Positions 9,795-18,763 of a DNA stretch of 48,136 nucleotides are shown here, one piece after another (within the stretch, counting starts at the first letter, position 1; every line of letters begins with the position of its first letter). The DNA is taken from positions 1-48,136 of the forward strand of contig JAWAQR010000009.1 in assembly GCA_038893835.1 (NCBI GenBank), written 5' to 3'. A program made the position numbers and the translations under genes. The notes beneath the pieces are model-generated. The model searched no databases, was not told the origin of the DNA, and saw only the letters and a program-made list of their open reading frames with translations. Source of the DNA: Archaeoglobaceae archaeon. GTDB taxonomy: Archaea; Halobacteriota; Archaeoglobi; Archaeoglobales; Archaeoglobaceae.

Positions 9795-10616
9795 ATGATC
9801 ATCACAGACAACCACATGCACATTTACAGACATCTTGGATTAAAGGCACTGGAGCAGTTCAAATCTGCAGGAGGGACCCATGTGCTTTTAGTTTCTCTTC
9901 TAAGCCATCACTACGACGTTCATCCAAAAGAGGGAAAAGATTTTAAAAGAGTATTCGAAAGTCATCTGAGCTTGGTAAAAAAGGCGAATAAAATTGTAAA
10001 TGCCTATGCTGTTTTAAGCGTTCATCCAGCTGAAATTACGATTCTGGGATCGAGACTGGGATTTGAAAGGGCAGCTGAGATTATGAAAGAAGCCCTAGAA
10101 ATAGCTGGAGAATACGTTGCAAAAGGGGAAGCGATTGCAATAAAGAGCGGTAGACCTCATTATAAAGTTGATGCTTTTGTCTGGAAGCTGAGCAATGAAA
10201 TAATGATGCACGCCTTTGAGATTGCAAAAGAAATAAACTGCGCTGTTCAGCTGCATACGGAGAGCTTTACATTCGAAGGGATGAAAGAAATTGCAGAAAT
10301 GGCAGATAAAGTTGGCTTGAAAAGAGATAAAGTTGTAAAGCATTTCTCACCACCAAAGGTTAAAGAGTTTGAGGAAATTGGCATTTTTCCATCCGTAATT
10401 GCAGGAGATGATAATGCGATAACCGCTGCTAAACAGGGAACTAGATTTGTACTGGAAACGGATTATCTGGATGATCCAAAGCGACCTGGAGCTGTTTTGG
10501 GTCCAAAAACTGTTCCAAAAAAGATAAAAGAGTTGCTGGAAAAAGGTTTTGATGAATCTTTCATCGATGAAATCTGTGCAAGGAACATAGAGAAAATATA
10601 TGGGATAGAGCTATGA
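9795..10616 (+). CDS. TatD-family metal-dependent hydrolase
   Basis: DNHMH, GRPHY, QLHTE, KHF and ETDYLDDPKRPGAVLGP. Confidence 0.87.
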   Translation: MIITDNHMHIYRHLGLKALEQFKSAGGTHVLLVSLLSHHYDVHPKEGKDFKRVFESHLSLVKKANKIVNAYAVLSVHPAEITILGSRLGFERAAEIMKEALEIAGEYVAKGEAIAIKSGRPHYKVDAFVWKLSNEIMMHAFEIAKEINCAVQLHTESFTFEGMKEIAEMADKVGLKRDKVVKHFSPPKVKEFEEIGIFPSVIAGDDNAITAAKQGTRFVLETDYLDDPKRPGAVLGPKTVPKKIKELLEKGFDESFIDEICARNIEKIYGIEL

Positions 10617-11527
10617 AGGGTAAAATACTTGAGGATTTCGCGGTTTTAAATGCTACAATGGATCTGATAAGATCCGGATTTGGGCAGAAGAGGGGGGAAA
10701 AGATTTATCTCCACCCAATTGAAGCGTTGTATTTGCAGCTTATTGGAAAAGCAAACTTCGGTGAGCTAAAGGATGTTGTAGAGTGGGTGAAGAAAAAAGT
10801 GGCCAAGTTTCCGGAGATATTCTTTGTATACCAAGATTTAAGAAAAAAGGGGAAGAAAGTAAGAGTAGAAGATAATTTTATTTTTGTTAAAAAATTATTT
10901 TTACCAATTTCTGAGAAGGATGCGATTTCTTTCGAAGAAGTCAAGAAACTGCTCTCTGAATTTGGCGAGTTCATGCTTGCAATCGTTGATGAGGAGAGTG
11001 AGGTGACATATTATTCCGTAAAAAAACCTGTAATGCAGGGTGAGCAGATTGAAAATTTGCCAAAGATACATGGAAGCTTCTTTAAAGATAGAGTTATAAC
11101 CAAAGACGTTGAGATATTCAGAAAGTACTTTTACGGTAACGAACTCGATGGTTTTGTCGTTCTTTCCATGCTTGAAAGCGTTTATTTGCTGGAGAAAGGT
11201 GTTTTAGAAGTAGACAAGGCTGAGGAGATGCTGGAAATTGCCAAGAATTCGGAAGAATTTGAGGAAAGATTCAAAGTTTACAGAGATTTGAAGGATAGAA
11301 AGTTCGTTGTAAAGACTGGATTTAAGTTTGGGAGTGATTTCAGGGTTTACAGAAAAGTGGAATCACTAGAGCAGCTCCCTCATTCTGAATTCATGATTTC
11401 TATAGTAAAAGATGCAATCAGTGCGAAAGAGTTGTCAAGGACTGTTAGAATTGCAAATAGTGTGCGAAAAAAAGCTGTATTCGTATGGAAAGGAGAGTAT
11501 TTCCTATTTGAATGGGTGAGGATATGA
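10613..11527 (+). CDS. endA: tRNA-splicing endonuclease, homodimeric (alpha2) type
   Basis: Internally duplicated ~300-aa fold. KTGFKFGSDFRVY, PHS and SVRK supply the Tyr-His-Lys triad. Confidence 0.93.
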   Translation: MKGKILEDFAVLNATMDLIRSGFGQKRGEKIYLHPIEALYLQLIGKANFGELKDVVEWVKKKVAKFPEIFFVYQDLRKKGKKVRVEDNFIFVKKLFLPISEKDAISFEEVKKLLSEFGEFMLAIVDEESEVTYYSVKKPVMQGEQIENLPKIHGSFFKDRVITKDVEIFRKYFYGNELDGFVVLSMLESVYLLEKGVLEVDKAEEMLEIAKNSEEFEERFKVYRDLKDRKFVVKTGFKFGSDFRVYRKVESLEQLPHSEFMISIVKDAISAKELSRTVRIANSVRKKAVFVWKGEYFLFEWVRI

Positions 11528-12066
11528 AAATAGTTGTTGGTTCAAAAAATCCGACTAAAATAGAGGGGACAAGGCTTGCATTTGAGCAGTTCTTTGGCAA
11601 AGTAGAGATTGAGAGTGTTGAAATCAAAACAAAGAATCAGCCTTTTGATGAAGAAACAATTAATGGAGCCATAGAAAGGGCTATTAGAAGTTATTCCGAT
11701 GAATTTGATTTCTCAGTCGGAATTGAGGCTGGTTTAATCAGAATTTCACACACGATCAGCGGATATATGGACTTCCAAGTAGCGGCGATTTTCAATGGAG
11801 AAACGTTTACTCTTGGCTTTGGTCCTGGTTTTGAATATCCTAAGAAGGTGGTCGAGCTTGCAAAGGCTGGAATAGAAGTTGGAAAAACGATGGAAAAAAT
11901 CTCAGGAATTGAGCAGATTGGAAAAAAAGTGGGAGCGATATACTACCTGAGCAAAGGAGTAATTTCTAGGATTGAACTCTCAAAAATTGCTGTAACCATG
12001 GCTTTACTGCCCTGGATAAACAGGGAGATATATGAGATAGATAATCAAAAATTTTTAAAACTTTAG
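11524..12066 (+). CDS. yjjX: Inosine/xanthosine triphosphatase
   Basis: VGSKNPTK, QPF..ETINGAIERA, VGIEAG and GAIYYLS. Confidence 0.88.
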   Translation: MKIVVGSKNPTKIEGTRLAFEQFFGKVEIESVEIKTKNQPFDEETINGAIERAIRSYSDEFDFSVGIEAGLIRISHTISGYMDFQVAAIFNGETFTLGFGPGFEYPKKVVELAKAGIEVGKTMEKISGIEQIGKKVGAIYYLSKGVISRIELSKIAVTMALLPWINREIYEIDNQKFLKL

Positions 12067-12080
12067 GTAAAAGTTAAGTT

Positions 12081-12863
12081 GTGTGGCTGAGGATATCGAG
12101 TTCCACAGATAAGAAAGAGATTCTCGAAATCGCTTCAAGACTCAGAGAGCTTGGGGCTAGAGTAGAGATAAGGGAATGGATAGATTGGGATGTTGATGAG
12201 ATACGTGCAGTCAAAGGAAAGCTGAGTGAGCTGAAGAAAAAAGGTATAGATTTGGGCGAATGGGAAAAAAGGATTGAAATAATAAGAGAACTTTTGAAGA
12301 AGAATCTGAGCAAAGAAGACTTTGAATACGAATTAATGAAGAGAATGTTTCCTGACTTATCGCTGGAAGGAAATGTCGAGGAGATTGCTGAGAAGTTGAT
12401 AAATGCAAAAACGATGATGAGAGAGGTTGAGACATTTCTTGCCATAAACGGGATAAAATTTGGGAAGAACATGGAGCTACCAGAGGATCCGGAAGTTTTC
12501 ATCGAAACGTGGGATGAGAGTGCAAAGGAGATAATAAAGGTCAGTTTTTATCCCGTAACGGAAATATACGTTGATGTTATGAGTGTTCTTGGAGCAGATT
12601 TTGGAAAAGTCTCTTCAGCTGATTTTGAGGAAGTTGTTTTGGCAAGTGTTCTGGAGATAATTGGAGAAATGGTGGCGGAAGTTGAGAAATGGGGAGCCAG
12701 AGATCTCAAATCTCTAGCAGAATTGAGCAGCGGTGTAATAGAGGGAGAAGATTGGAACTTCGTCATCGACTGTAGCGAAATATTTGAGAACATAATAAAA
12801 TCACTTGAAAAATCCGGTATATTTAGAGTTTCCGGAAACATCGTAAGGCTGAGGGAGAAATGA
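12081..12863 (+). CDS. Acidic hypothetical protein, possible C-terminal winged helix
   Basis: 260-aa ORF with a GTG start and genome-typical codon usage. ATGA-coupled to kptA. Confidence 0.7.
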   Translation: MWLRISSSTDKKEILEIASRLRELGARVEIREWIDWDVDEIRAVKGKLSELKKKGIDLGEWEKRIEIIRELLKKNLSKEDFEYELMKRMFPDLSLEGNVEEIAEKLINAKTMMREVETFLAINGIKFGKNMELPEDPEVFIETWDESAKEIIKVSFYPVTEIYVDVMSVLGADFGKVSSADFEEVVLASVLEIIGEMVAEVEKWGARDLKSLAELSSGVIEGEDWNFVIDCSEIFENIIKSLEKSGIFRVSGNIVRLREK

Positions 12864-13504
12864 TGGAGGAGATAAGATTTTGTCCCGAACATGGTTTTTA
12901 TAGGGGAGAGTTCTGTAGCTGTGGTGTAAAGGGTGAAGTTGTTCTAGAGAAAGAAAAGGTCGAAAAACTTGGAAAATTCGTTTCTGGGATTTTAAGACAT
13001 TTTCCGCATAAATTCAATCTGAAAATCGATGAAAATGGATGGGTTGATTTCGAATCGCTTTCAAGAGTTGTGGAAAAGAAGTATCGATGGGCAAACAAGT
13101 GGTTGCTCAAAGCCTTGATTTACAGCGATTCGAAGAAGAGATATGAGATGAGGGATGAAAAGATAAGAGCCAGATATGGGCACAGCATTGATGTAAAGCT
13201 AACAGATATGCCATTGTCCAATGAAGATGTTCTATATTATGGCACGAATGAAGAAGAGATGAGTAGATTGCTAGAAATAGGGATAAAACCTGTAAACCAG
13301 AGCTATGTTCACCTCTCAACCACCTTTGAGAAAAGTGTGGAAGTCGCGATTTTGAGGGGTGGAAGACCAATAATACTCGAAATAGATGCAAAAAAGGCGA
13401 GAGAAGATGGAATAAAAATTATAAAGGCTAATGATCACATTGCACTAGCAAAAGAGATCCCGGCAAAGTACATCAAAAAAATTCAGTATTTATCTTCGTC
13501 GTAA
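12860..13504 (+). CDS. kptA: RNA 2'-phosphotransferase (Tpt1/KptA) with an N-terminal Zn-finger-like extension
   Basis: SGILRH, DENGWV, KKRYE, IRARYGHS and VHLS. N-terminal CPEH..CSC. Confidence 0.9.
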   Translation: MMEEIRFCPEHGFYRGEFCSCGVKGEVVLEKEKVEKLGKFVSGILRHFPHKFNLKIDENGWVDFESLSRVVEKKYRWANKWLLKALIYSDSKKRYEMRDEKIRARYGHSIDVKLTDMPLSNEDVLYYGTNEEEMSRLLEIGIKPVNQSYVHLSTTFEKSVEVAILRGGRPIILEIDAKKAREDGIKIIKANDHIALAKEIPAKYIKKIQYLSSS

Positions 13505-13737
13505 TAGTAATATTCTTCCTCTTCGAATTCCTCTTCTTCCTCTTCTTCAAAATCTTCCTCGTAACTTTCTAAATCCTCGATGTCGAATTCCTCGTTTGTG
13601 TCTAAAAGCAGGATTTTTCCTTCCTGATAGATCATAACGCACTCGCAGAACTTGCAGCGAATTTCAACACCCGTATATAAATCAGTTATTTCAATCTCCT
13701 CTCCACATGAGGGGCACATTATTACCTTCACAGCCAT
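13483..13737 (-). CDS. Small zinc-ribbon protein with a very acidic tail (LysW-like fold, no EDWGE end)
   Basis: CPSC...CKFC followed by a poly-Glu and YYYY tail. A TATA box lies ~26-31 nt upstream of the ATG. Confidence 0.7.
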   Translation of the reverse strand: MAVKVIMCPSCGEEIEITDLYTGVEIRCKFCECVMIYQEGKILLLDTNEEFDIEDLESYEEDFEEEEEEEFEEEEYYYYDEDKY

Positions 13738-13759
13738 AGATTTAATTTTTGAGATTCTT

Positions 13760-13815
13760 AGATTTAAATTTTGCGCTCTCAATTAATGGTCAACTGGGGA
13801 AAGTCTTATTAACAG
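13760..13815. promoter_or_regulatory. Divergent BRE/TATA promoters for the zinc-ribbon gene (-) and tRNA-Ser (+)
   Basis: Minus strand GCGCAAAA-TTTAAAT (TTTAAA at 13763-13768). Plus strand GGGAAAGT-CTTATTAA ~25 nt before the tRNA. Confidence 0.55.
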
Positions 13816-13835
13816 TAAAACCTAAAACATCTTGA

Positions 13836-13916
13836 GCTGGGGTTGCCGAGTGGTAAGGCGACAGCCTGCTAAGCTGTTGGGCTTTGCCCGCGTGGGTTCG
13901 AATCCCACCCCCAGCG
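13836..13916 (+). tRNA. tRNA-Ser(GCT)
   Basis: Acceptor stem GCTGGGG/CCCCAGC, anticodon arm ACAGC-CT-GCT-AA-GCTGT, long variable arm, GGTTCGAATCC, discriminator G. CCA is not encoded. Confidence 0.97.
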
Positions 13917-14029
13917 CTTTTATTCTTTGAAAACCTAACAGCTTTTGCTAAAAGAGTTATGAAAATTTTTATACTGATTCCAAAATTTAAGACAGAGTTT
14001 TGCTCAACGTTTCCGATGGTAGAAAAAAC

Positions 14030-14404
14030 ATGAGCATAACTCTTTCCCTACTTGGCCAGTTAATGGCTGTTGACGGGGTTCTCGATTGAAGAAAAGAAAG
14101 AACTTGAAGCTTTGAGCTGGCTACTATCCCCTCAATTGGGGAATACACATTTGCAAATCGAAAAGTGAGTTATAGAAACAACCTTGACAACATAGTCATA
14201 GCGATTTTACTGTATCTGATCAAAAAGAGACTAGAAAAGATCAATATTTCAAATCCTTTTACAGAGGCGCAGAAAGTTGAAAAAAGAGGAGAAAGGGTTG
14301 AACGATTTTGAAATACTCCACTCTGATTCCTTGGAACAAAATAGAAGAGTTGCTGAGAATGATGGATGAAAAAATTGCCGAGTATACGGGGTTAAAAGAT
14401 AACT
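14030..14404 (+). pseudogene. Probable decayed gene fragments downstream of tRNA-Ser
   Basis: Stop-free run of 63 codons at 14120-14311 with no ATG, plus protein-like pieces in other frames (FSIEEKKELEALSW; PWNKIEELLRMMDEKIAEY). Confidence 0.35.
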
Positions 14405-14992
14405 TCATATAATCGGTTGTTCAGGTTCGTTCAAAATTTGAAGGAGTTTTTCCAAAGTATTTACTCCAACTTTAAGCAATCTGAGCAACTGTATCTGGAA
14501 GATTTGTGCAGCTAAAAATGCGTCTGCGAGTGCATTGTGTCTGTAAGGTGTCCTTAATCCATATTTTTTTGCAAGAGCTTCGAGATTTGGTGATTCAACA
14601 TATTTTTCCCCGATAAATCTGCTCAAAACCTTGTCGACCTTCATTATTTCTATCGTTTGAGCTTTAAAATCTTTTAAAGCATTTTTTAAGAAGGCATAGT
14701 CAACTTCAACGCAAAAGCCAACGATTATACTATCTCTGAGCATTTCATAAACTCTTTGAGATATTTCTTCGAAAAAAGGTGCATTTCTGAGATCTCTCTC
14801 ACTTATTCCATGAATCTTCAAAGTTTTTAACTTCAGCCTTTTGGGTTTTACCAGAGAGTAAAAGGAGTTGCTGGATAAAATTTTGAGACCCTCTATTGGA
14901 ATTATTCCAATAGCAATTATTTCATCTTTGTACGGATCTAAACCCGTTGTTTCCAGATCCAAGCTGGCAAATTTCGTGTCCCTTATGTTCAT
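14405..14992 (-). CDS. DEDDh 3'-5' exonuclease (DnaQ/PolC-exo-like)
   Basis: ExoI SLDLETTG, ExoII VD and ExoIII HNALADA. Overlaps the DUF294 gene by 4 nt. Confidence 0.9.
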   Translation of the reverse strand: MNIRDTKFASLDLETTGLDPYKDEIIAIGIIPIEGLKILSSNSFYSLVKPKRLKLKTLKIHGISERDLRNAPFFEEISQRVYEMLRDSIIVGFCVEVDYAFLKNALKDFKAQTIEIMKVDKVLSRFIGEKYVESPNLEALAKKYGLRTPYRHNALADAFLAAQIFQIQLLRLLKVGVNTLEKLLQILNEPEQPII

Positions 14993-16761
14993 ATTCCTCT
15001 CTCCACAAAAAACCTGCCTTTCAAAAACTTTTCAAAATCCTTCACAATTCTAAGCGCATCTTTCAATGCAAACTGATTAATTCTGCTTAAATCTCTGAGC
15101 TTCAAAACGTTGCCCTTCCCTTCTACCTGATTCTTCAATCTCAGGTTTTGCAAAAGCTCGTAGCTGTCTAGAATGCTCTTTACAAAATCTTCATTTAGAA
15201 TCCCCATTTCCACGAGTTTAATCAACCTTTCTCTCGTGTTCGCTATTTCCAGTATTTTATTCTCTAGCGCAAGAACCCTAGTACAGTTCACAATCGGATA
15301 TATTCCAAATTTCTTGAGATCGATCTCATTCACCCCTCTTATACCACCGATCTTCGGCGGTTCTAGCAATGTGGCATCATTTGATAAATGTCTTAGAACT
15401 TGTGCATTCACCCTTTCATTTATGAAGCTAAAAAGTTCGTTTAAAAGCTCCTTTTTTCCATAAATCGCCCTCATGTCGAGAAAGACTGTGAGTAACCTTA
15501 TGTTTTCCGGTGTGAATTCGTTCATCCATTTCCTGAACCTGTTCTTCCATTCCTCTATATCCATGCACCAGTTCATTGCCATATAACCACCACTACACTT
15601 CGGAATGCCTACGAATTCCAAGCTATCATTTACTTTTCTTGCAAAATCCCTCATTCTCTCCCCATCCTCCTCACATATGATCATGTTATCCTGATCCGTC
15701 GCCAATATCTGCTCTTTTCTTGCAGAACTTCCCATGTGAACCCAAACAAATTCTGGAAGCTTTCCAAACTCTCTGGATTGATTTCTCTCAACTATATCTA
15801 TCACCTTTTCTGTTAGCAAATCGTAAAAGCTTGAGATTAGCAATGAGAGTTCGTAAAATCCCATTCCCTTAATTGCAAGGTTCTTTATCGTCTCAAATAT
15901 CTTTTCATTTATGGACTTCACTTCTTCAATACTCGTAGCTTTTCCGAGCTTTCTATGTAAAATTGAAATTGACGTGAAGGGTTCAAATTGGGCCATTATG
16001 TCCTTGATTGAAATGACGCCGAATAATTTCCCATATCTGGTCACAACAAGATGGTTTATCCTTTTAGACGTGAGAATTTGATAAGCTTCAAATAAAGGAC
16101 GGTCGAATTCGATGCTGAACACAGGGCTGCTCATATACGCTGAAACTTTCTCATCCTTGTTTAAACCATGGATTACGAACTTTCTCAAATCCCTGTTTGT
16201 AAAGATTCCCACTGGAGTCATGTCGTTCTTAACAACAACTATGGATCCAACTCCATTTAGCTCCATCTTCACCGCAGCATCTCTTATGCTGGTATATGCA
16301 TCGCAAAATACTGGTTTCTTGGTAATGCAATCTGAAACCCTCATCAGAAGCGCATCGCTTAGCTCCTTTCTCTCGAATAAAGACGCTAGACCTCTATAAT
16401 CTCTTTTTACGATTTTTTCAAAAAATTCTCTGAAAAATTTGTTTTCCGAAGCGATTCTGTCAATATACTCCTTTTTTATCGTGAAGCAAATCGTATCAGA
16501 ATTTGCTACAGCCTTTGAATTTTCGTAAATACCCAGCCCAAACAGATCCCCTTTCTCGAACTCCTCGATCAGTTCCCCGTTTTGGTAGAGCCCCACGCTA
16601 CCCGAGAAAACAATATAAATTTTTTTTGGAATACCAGAAAATATTATTTCTCCCTCCTCAAAGGCTTCAACGTCGATTTTGGTGACGATGAATTCGATTT
16701 CGTCTTCAGTTAAAAGATCGAACGGTTTTATCTTTTTTATGAATTCTCTCGGCGGTATCAT
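14989..16761 (-). CDS. cNMP-binding + CBS-pair + DUF294 nucleotidyltransferase protein
   Basis: N-terminal cNMP fold (GEIIF..GDLFG), two CBS domains, Pol-beta motif MGSSARKEQILATDQDN, CSGGYMA and DLKKFG. Start set at MIPPREF. Confidence 0.9.
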   Translation of the reverse strand: MIPPREFIKKIKPFDLLTEDEIEFIVTKIDVEAFEEGEIIFSGIPKKIYIVFSGSVGLYQNGELIEEFEKGDLFGLGIYENSKAVANSDTICFTIKKEYIDRIASENKFFREFFEKIVKRDYRGLASLFERKELSDALLMRVSDCITKKPVFCDAYTSIRDAAVKMELNGVGSIVVVKNDMTPVGIFTNRDLRKFVIHGLNKDEKVSAYMSSPVFSIEFDRPLFEAYQILTSKRINHLVVTRYGKLFGVISIKDIMAQFEPFTSISILHRKLGKATSIEEVKSINEKIFETIKNLAIKGMGFYELSLLISSFYDLLTEKVIDIVERNQSREFGKLPEFVWVHMGSSARKEQILATDQDNMIICEEDGERMRDFARKVNDSLEFVGIPKCSGGYMAMNWCMDIEEWKNRFRKWMNEFTPENIRLLTVFLDMRAIYGKKELLNELFSFINERVNAQVLRHLSNDATLLEPPKIGGIRGVNEIDLKKFGIYPIVNCTRVLALENKILEIANTRERLIKLVEMGILNEDFVKSILDSYELLQNLRLKNQVEGKGNVLKLRDLSRINQFALKDALRIVKDFEKFLKGRFFVERGI

Positions 16762-16867
16762 TGATTTATGATTGTAATAACGTAAATTAAATTTTCTATT
16801 ATCATAACAAATGACAAAAATCGTAAAATTTAAATAGTGTGAAATATTTATCATAATCGGTGATCGT
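16762..16867. promoter_or_regulatory. Divergent promoter region with repeated TTAT-N-ATAA pseudo-palindromes
   Basis: TTTAAATA at 16829-16836, GGTGA RBS at 16859, TTATCATAA at 16799 and 16848. Confidence 0.5.
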
Positions 16868-17110
16868 ATGCCTTGGCCGCCTAAGGTGTTTTGGGTAGGT
16901 GTAGTGTTGATATATGGAACTGCTGCCCTCTGCTGGATTCTCGAAGCGACGATGAAGATCAACAAGATACCAGCGGCACCCATATGGTATACAGCGATCT
17001 GGGGAACCTTCCTGCTACCAGTAATAGTCTCCATTCTGTACTTCTACTTCCCAGAGAGAGCTGAGGCTAAGAGGGCTAAGGAAAAGGCTGAAAAGAAGGA
17101 GGTGACATAA
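16868..17110 (+). CDS. Small two-TM membrane protein, partner of the solute:sodium symporter (YjcH/DUF485/DUF4212-like position)
   Basis: 80 aa with two hydrophobic helices and a charged tail. It has an RBS and abuts the symporter gene. Confidence 0.8.
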   Translation: MPWPPKVFWVGVVLIYGTAALCWILEATMKINKIPAAPIWYTAIWGTFLLPVIVSILYFYFPERAEAKRAKEKAEKKEVT

Positions 17111-18724
17111 ATGGCTGAAGGCGTAGATCCCATTGTGATAGGGATTGTAGCCTTATATCTCATCGCCGTCGTCGTAATCGGTTATTTCTCTCGTCTCAGG
17201 CTTAAGAGTGCAATGGACTATTATGTGGCTGGTAGAAGAATTGGTGCCGTCGTCAACGGTTTGGCTTTAGAATCAACGTATCTCAGCCCAGCATCGATGC
17301 TCGGTTTACCTGCATACATATTCTTAATCGGTTATCCATTCTGGTGGGCGATGGTCGCAATCATTTGTGGAATGCCTTTAGCGACGCTTTTAACAGCTTC
17401 AGCCCTTAGAAAATATGCTCCAGTAAGTTTCGCTGATTACTACGCGGATCGCTTTGGTGATGAAAAATTGAGATGGTGGATTGGAATAATAGTCATTGTA
17501 GGCGCTATACTGTACATAACTTTATCACTGGTCGGCATGGCTCTTTTCATGGTTGCAATTCTTAAGATGCCTTACATCATAGCCCTTATTATTGGAACTA
17601 TAATTACGATGTTTTACGTAGTTTATGGAGGTATGATTGCGACAAGTTGGAACGCTGCTATGCAGGCAGTGGTGATGAGTTTAGCTGCAATAATAGCTGC
17701 GATTGCAATTGTCTGGCAGCTAGGCGGATTTGAGGGAGTTTATTTCGCAGCTCAGCAATCATATGCAAAAATCTGGAACACTCCAGCCGATGCTCCTGAT
17801 GTAGCACATATCTTCAGCGGATCTTGGGTGGCAATTCTTTGCTGGTACTTCATCTGGCATTACGGCTTTGCTACGATGCCGTACACAGTTGTGCGCTTCT
17901 TCACGGTGATGGACATAAAGACTGCAAGAAGGAGCATTTTCTGGTGCACTTTGATTGCAGGTGCTTTCTACGTTGCACTTCAGCTCATCGGAATAACTGC
18001 AAAGTACATGATTGAAAATTACCACCCAATCGCGGTTGCAGCTGGTAAAAATCTGACAGCAATGCAAGTTCTCGGACAAATTCAGAAGACTTATGGAATA
18101 GGAACTGTAGTAGATTATTCGATGATTGCAGCAGTTGAAGCACTTGGAAACCCAGCAATTCTTGGCATTCTTTGCGCAGGTGGTTTAGCGATCGCGATGT
18201 CTACAGCTGCTGGTTGGGCAGTTGTGGTTAATACGCTGATCGCAAGGGACTGGATGGTAAAACTCCTGAAATGGAAGAAGGCTGAAGAGAAACCGGTATT
18301 ATATGGAAGAATTATAGCATTCATCTTCCTGCTAATTGGATTCCTGATCGCAATTGCGCCTCCAGCACTAGTTCTAGACTTAAGTGGCTGGGCCTTTGTG
18401 GTCATAATATGTAGCATTGGTCCTGGACTGATACTTGGACTCTGGTGGAAGAGGGCAACTAGAGCTGCGATGTGGATAACTGCAATTGTAATGTTCATTC
18501 TGAGCATGATCGCATGGATGAGAGCTTACTTTGTGCTAGGTCATCATGCTAGATTCTTCCTCAACGACATCTTGTTTGGCAATCCGAATGCTTTGATTAC
18601 ACCGCATCAAACCTGGTTGATTCCAGTAGGTTTCATAGTCTTTATAATAGTTTCACTGTTAACCAAGCCGCCTGAGGAAGAAAGAGTACAGAAGTACTGT
18701 GTTGAACTTACAAAGGAAGTTTAA
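17111..18724 (+). CDS. Sodium:solute symporter, ActP-like monocarboxylate permease
   Basis: DYYVAGR, YLSPASMLG, GGMIATSW, MPYTVVRFFTV and AMSTAAG. About 13 TM segments. Confidence 0.9.
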   Translation: MAEGVDPIVIGIVALYLIAVVVIGYFSRLRLKSAMDYYVAGRRIGAVVNGLALESTYLSPASMLGLPAYIFLIGYPFWWAMVAIICGMPLATLLTASALRKYAPVSFADYYADRFGDEKLRWWIGIIVIVGAILYITLSLVGMALFMVAILKMPYIIALIIGTIITMFYVVYGGMIATSWNAAMQAVVMSLAAIIAAIAIVWQLGGFEGVYFAAQQSYAKIWNTPADAPDVAHIFSGSWVAILCWYFIWHYGFATMPYTVVRFFTVMDIKTARRSIFWCTLIAGAFYVALQLIGITAKYMIENYHPIAVAAGKNLTAMQVLGQIQKTYGIGTVVDYSMIAAVEALGNPAILGILCAGGLAIAMSTAAGWAVVVNTLIARDWMVKLLKWKKAEEKPVLYGRIIAFIFLLIGFLIAIAPPALVLDLSGWAFVVIICSIGPGLILGLWWKRATRAAMWITAIVMFILSMIAWMRAYFVLGHHARFFLNDILFGNPNALITPHQTWLIPVGFIVFIIVSLLTKPPEEERVQKYCVELTKEV

Positions 18725-18763
18725 ATTTTTTAATTTAATTAAAATTATTTTTTTGGTGGTTAT

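Noticed and set aside
13505-13565. TTC/CTC microsatellite-like repeat
   Set aside because: It is explained by the poly-Glu codons of the zinc-ribbon protein.
16762-17034. 91-aa N-terminal extension of the DUF294 ORF in the ORF track
   Set aside because: It overlaps the divergent promoter and the small membrane gene. The domain begins at MIPPREF (16761). Similar over-extended starts were trimmed for several other genes.
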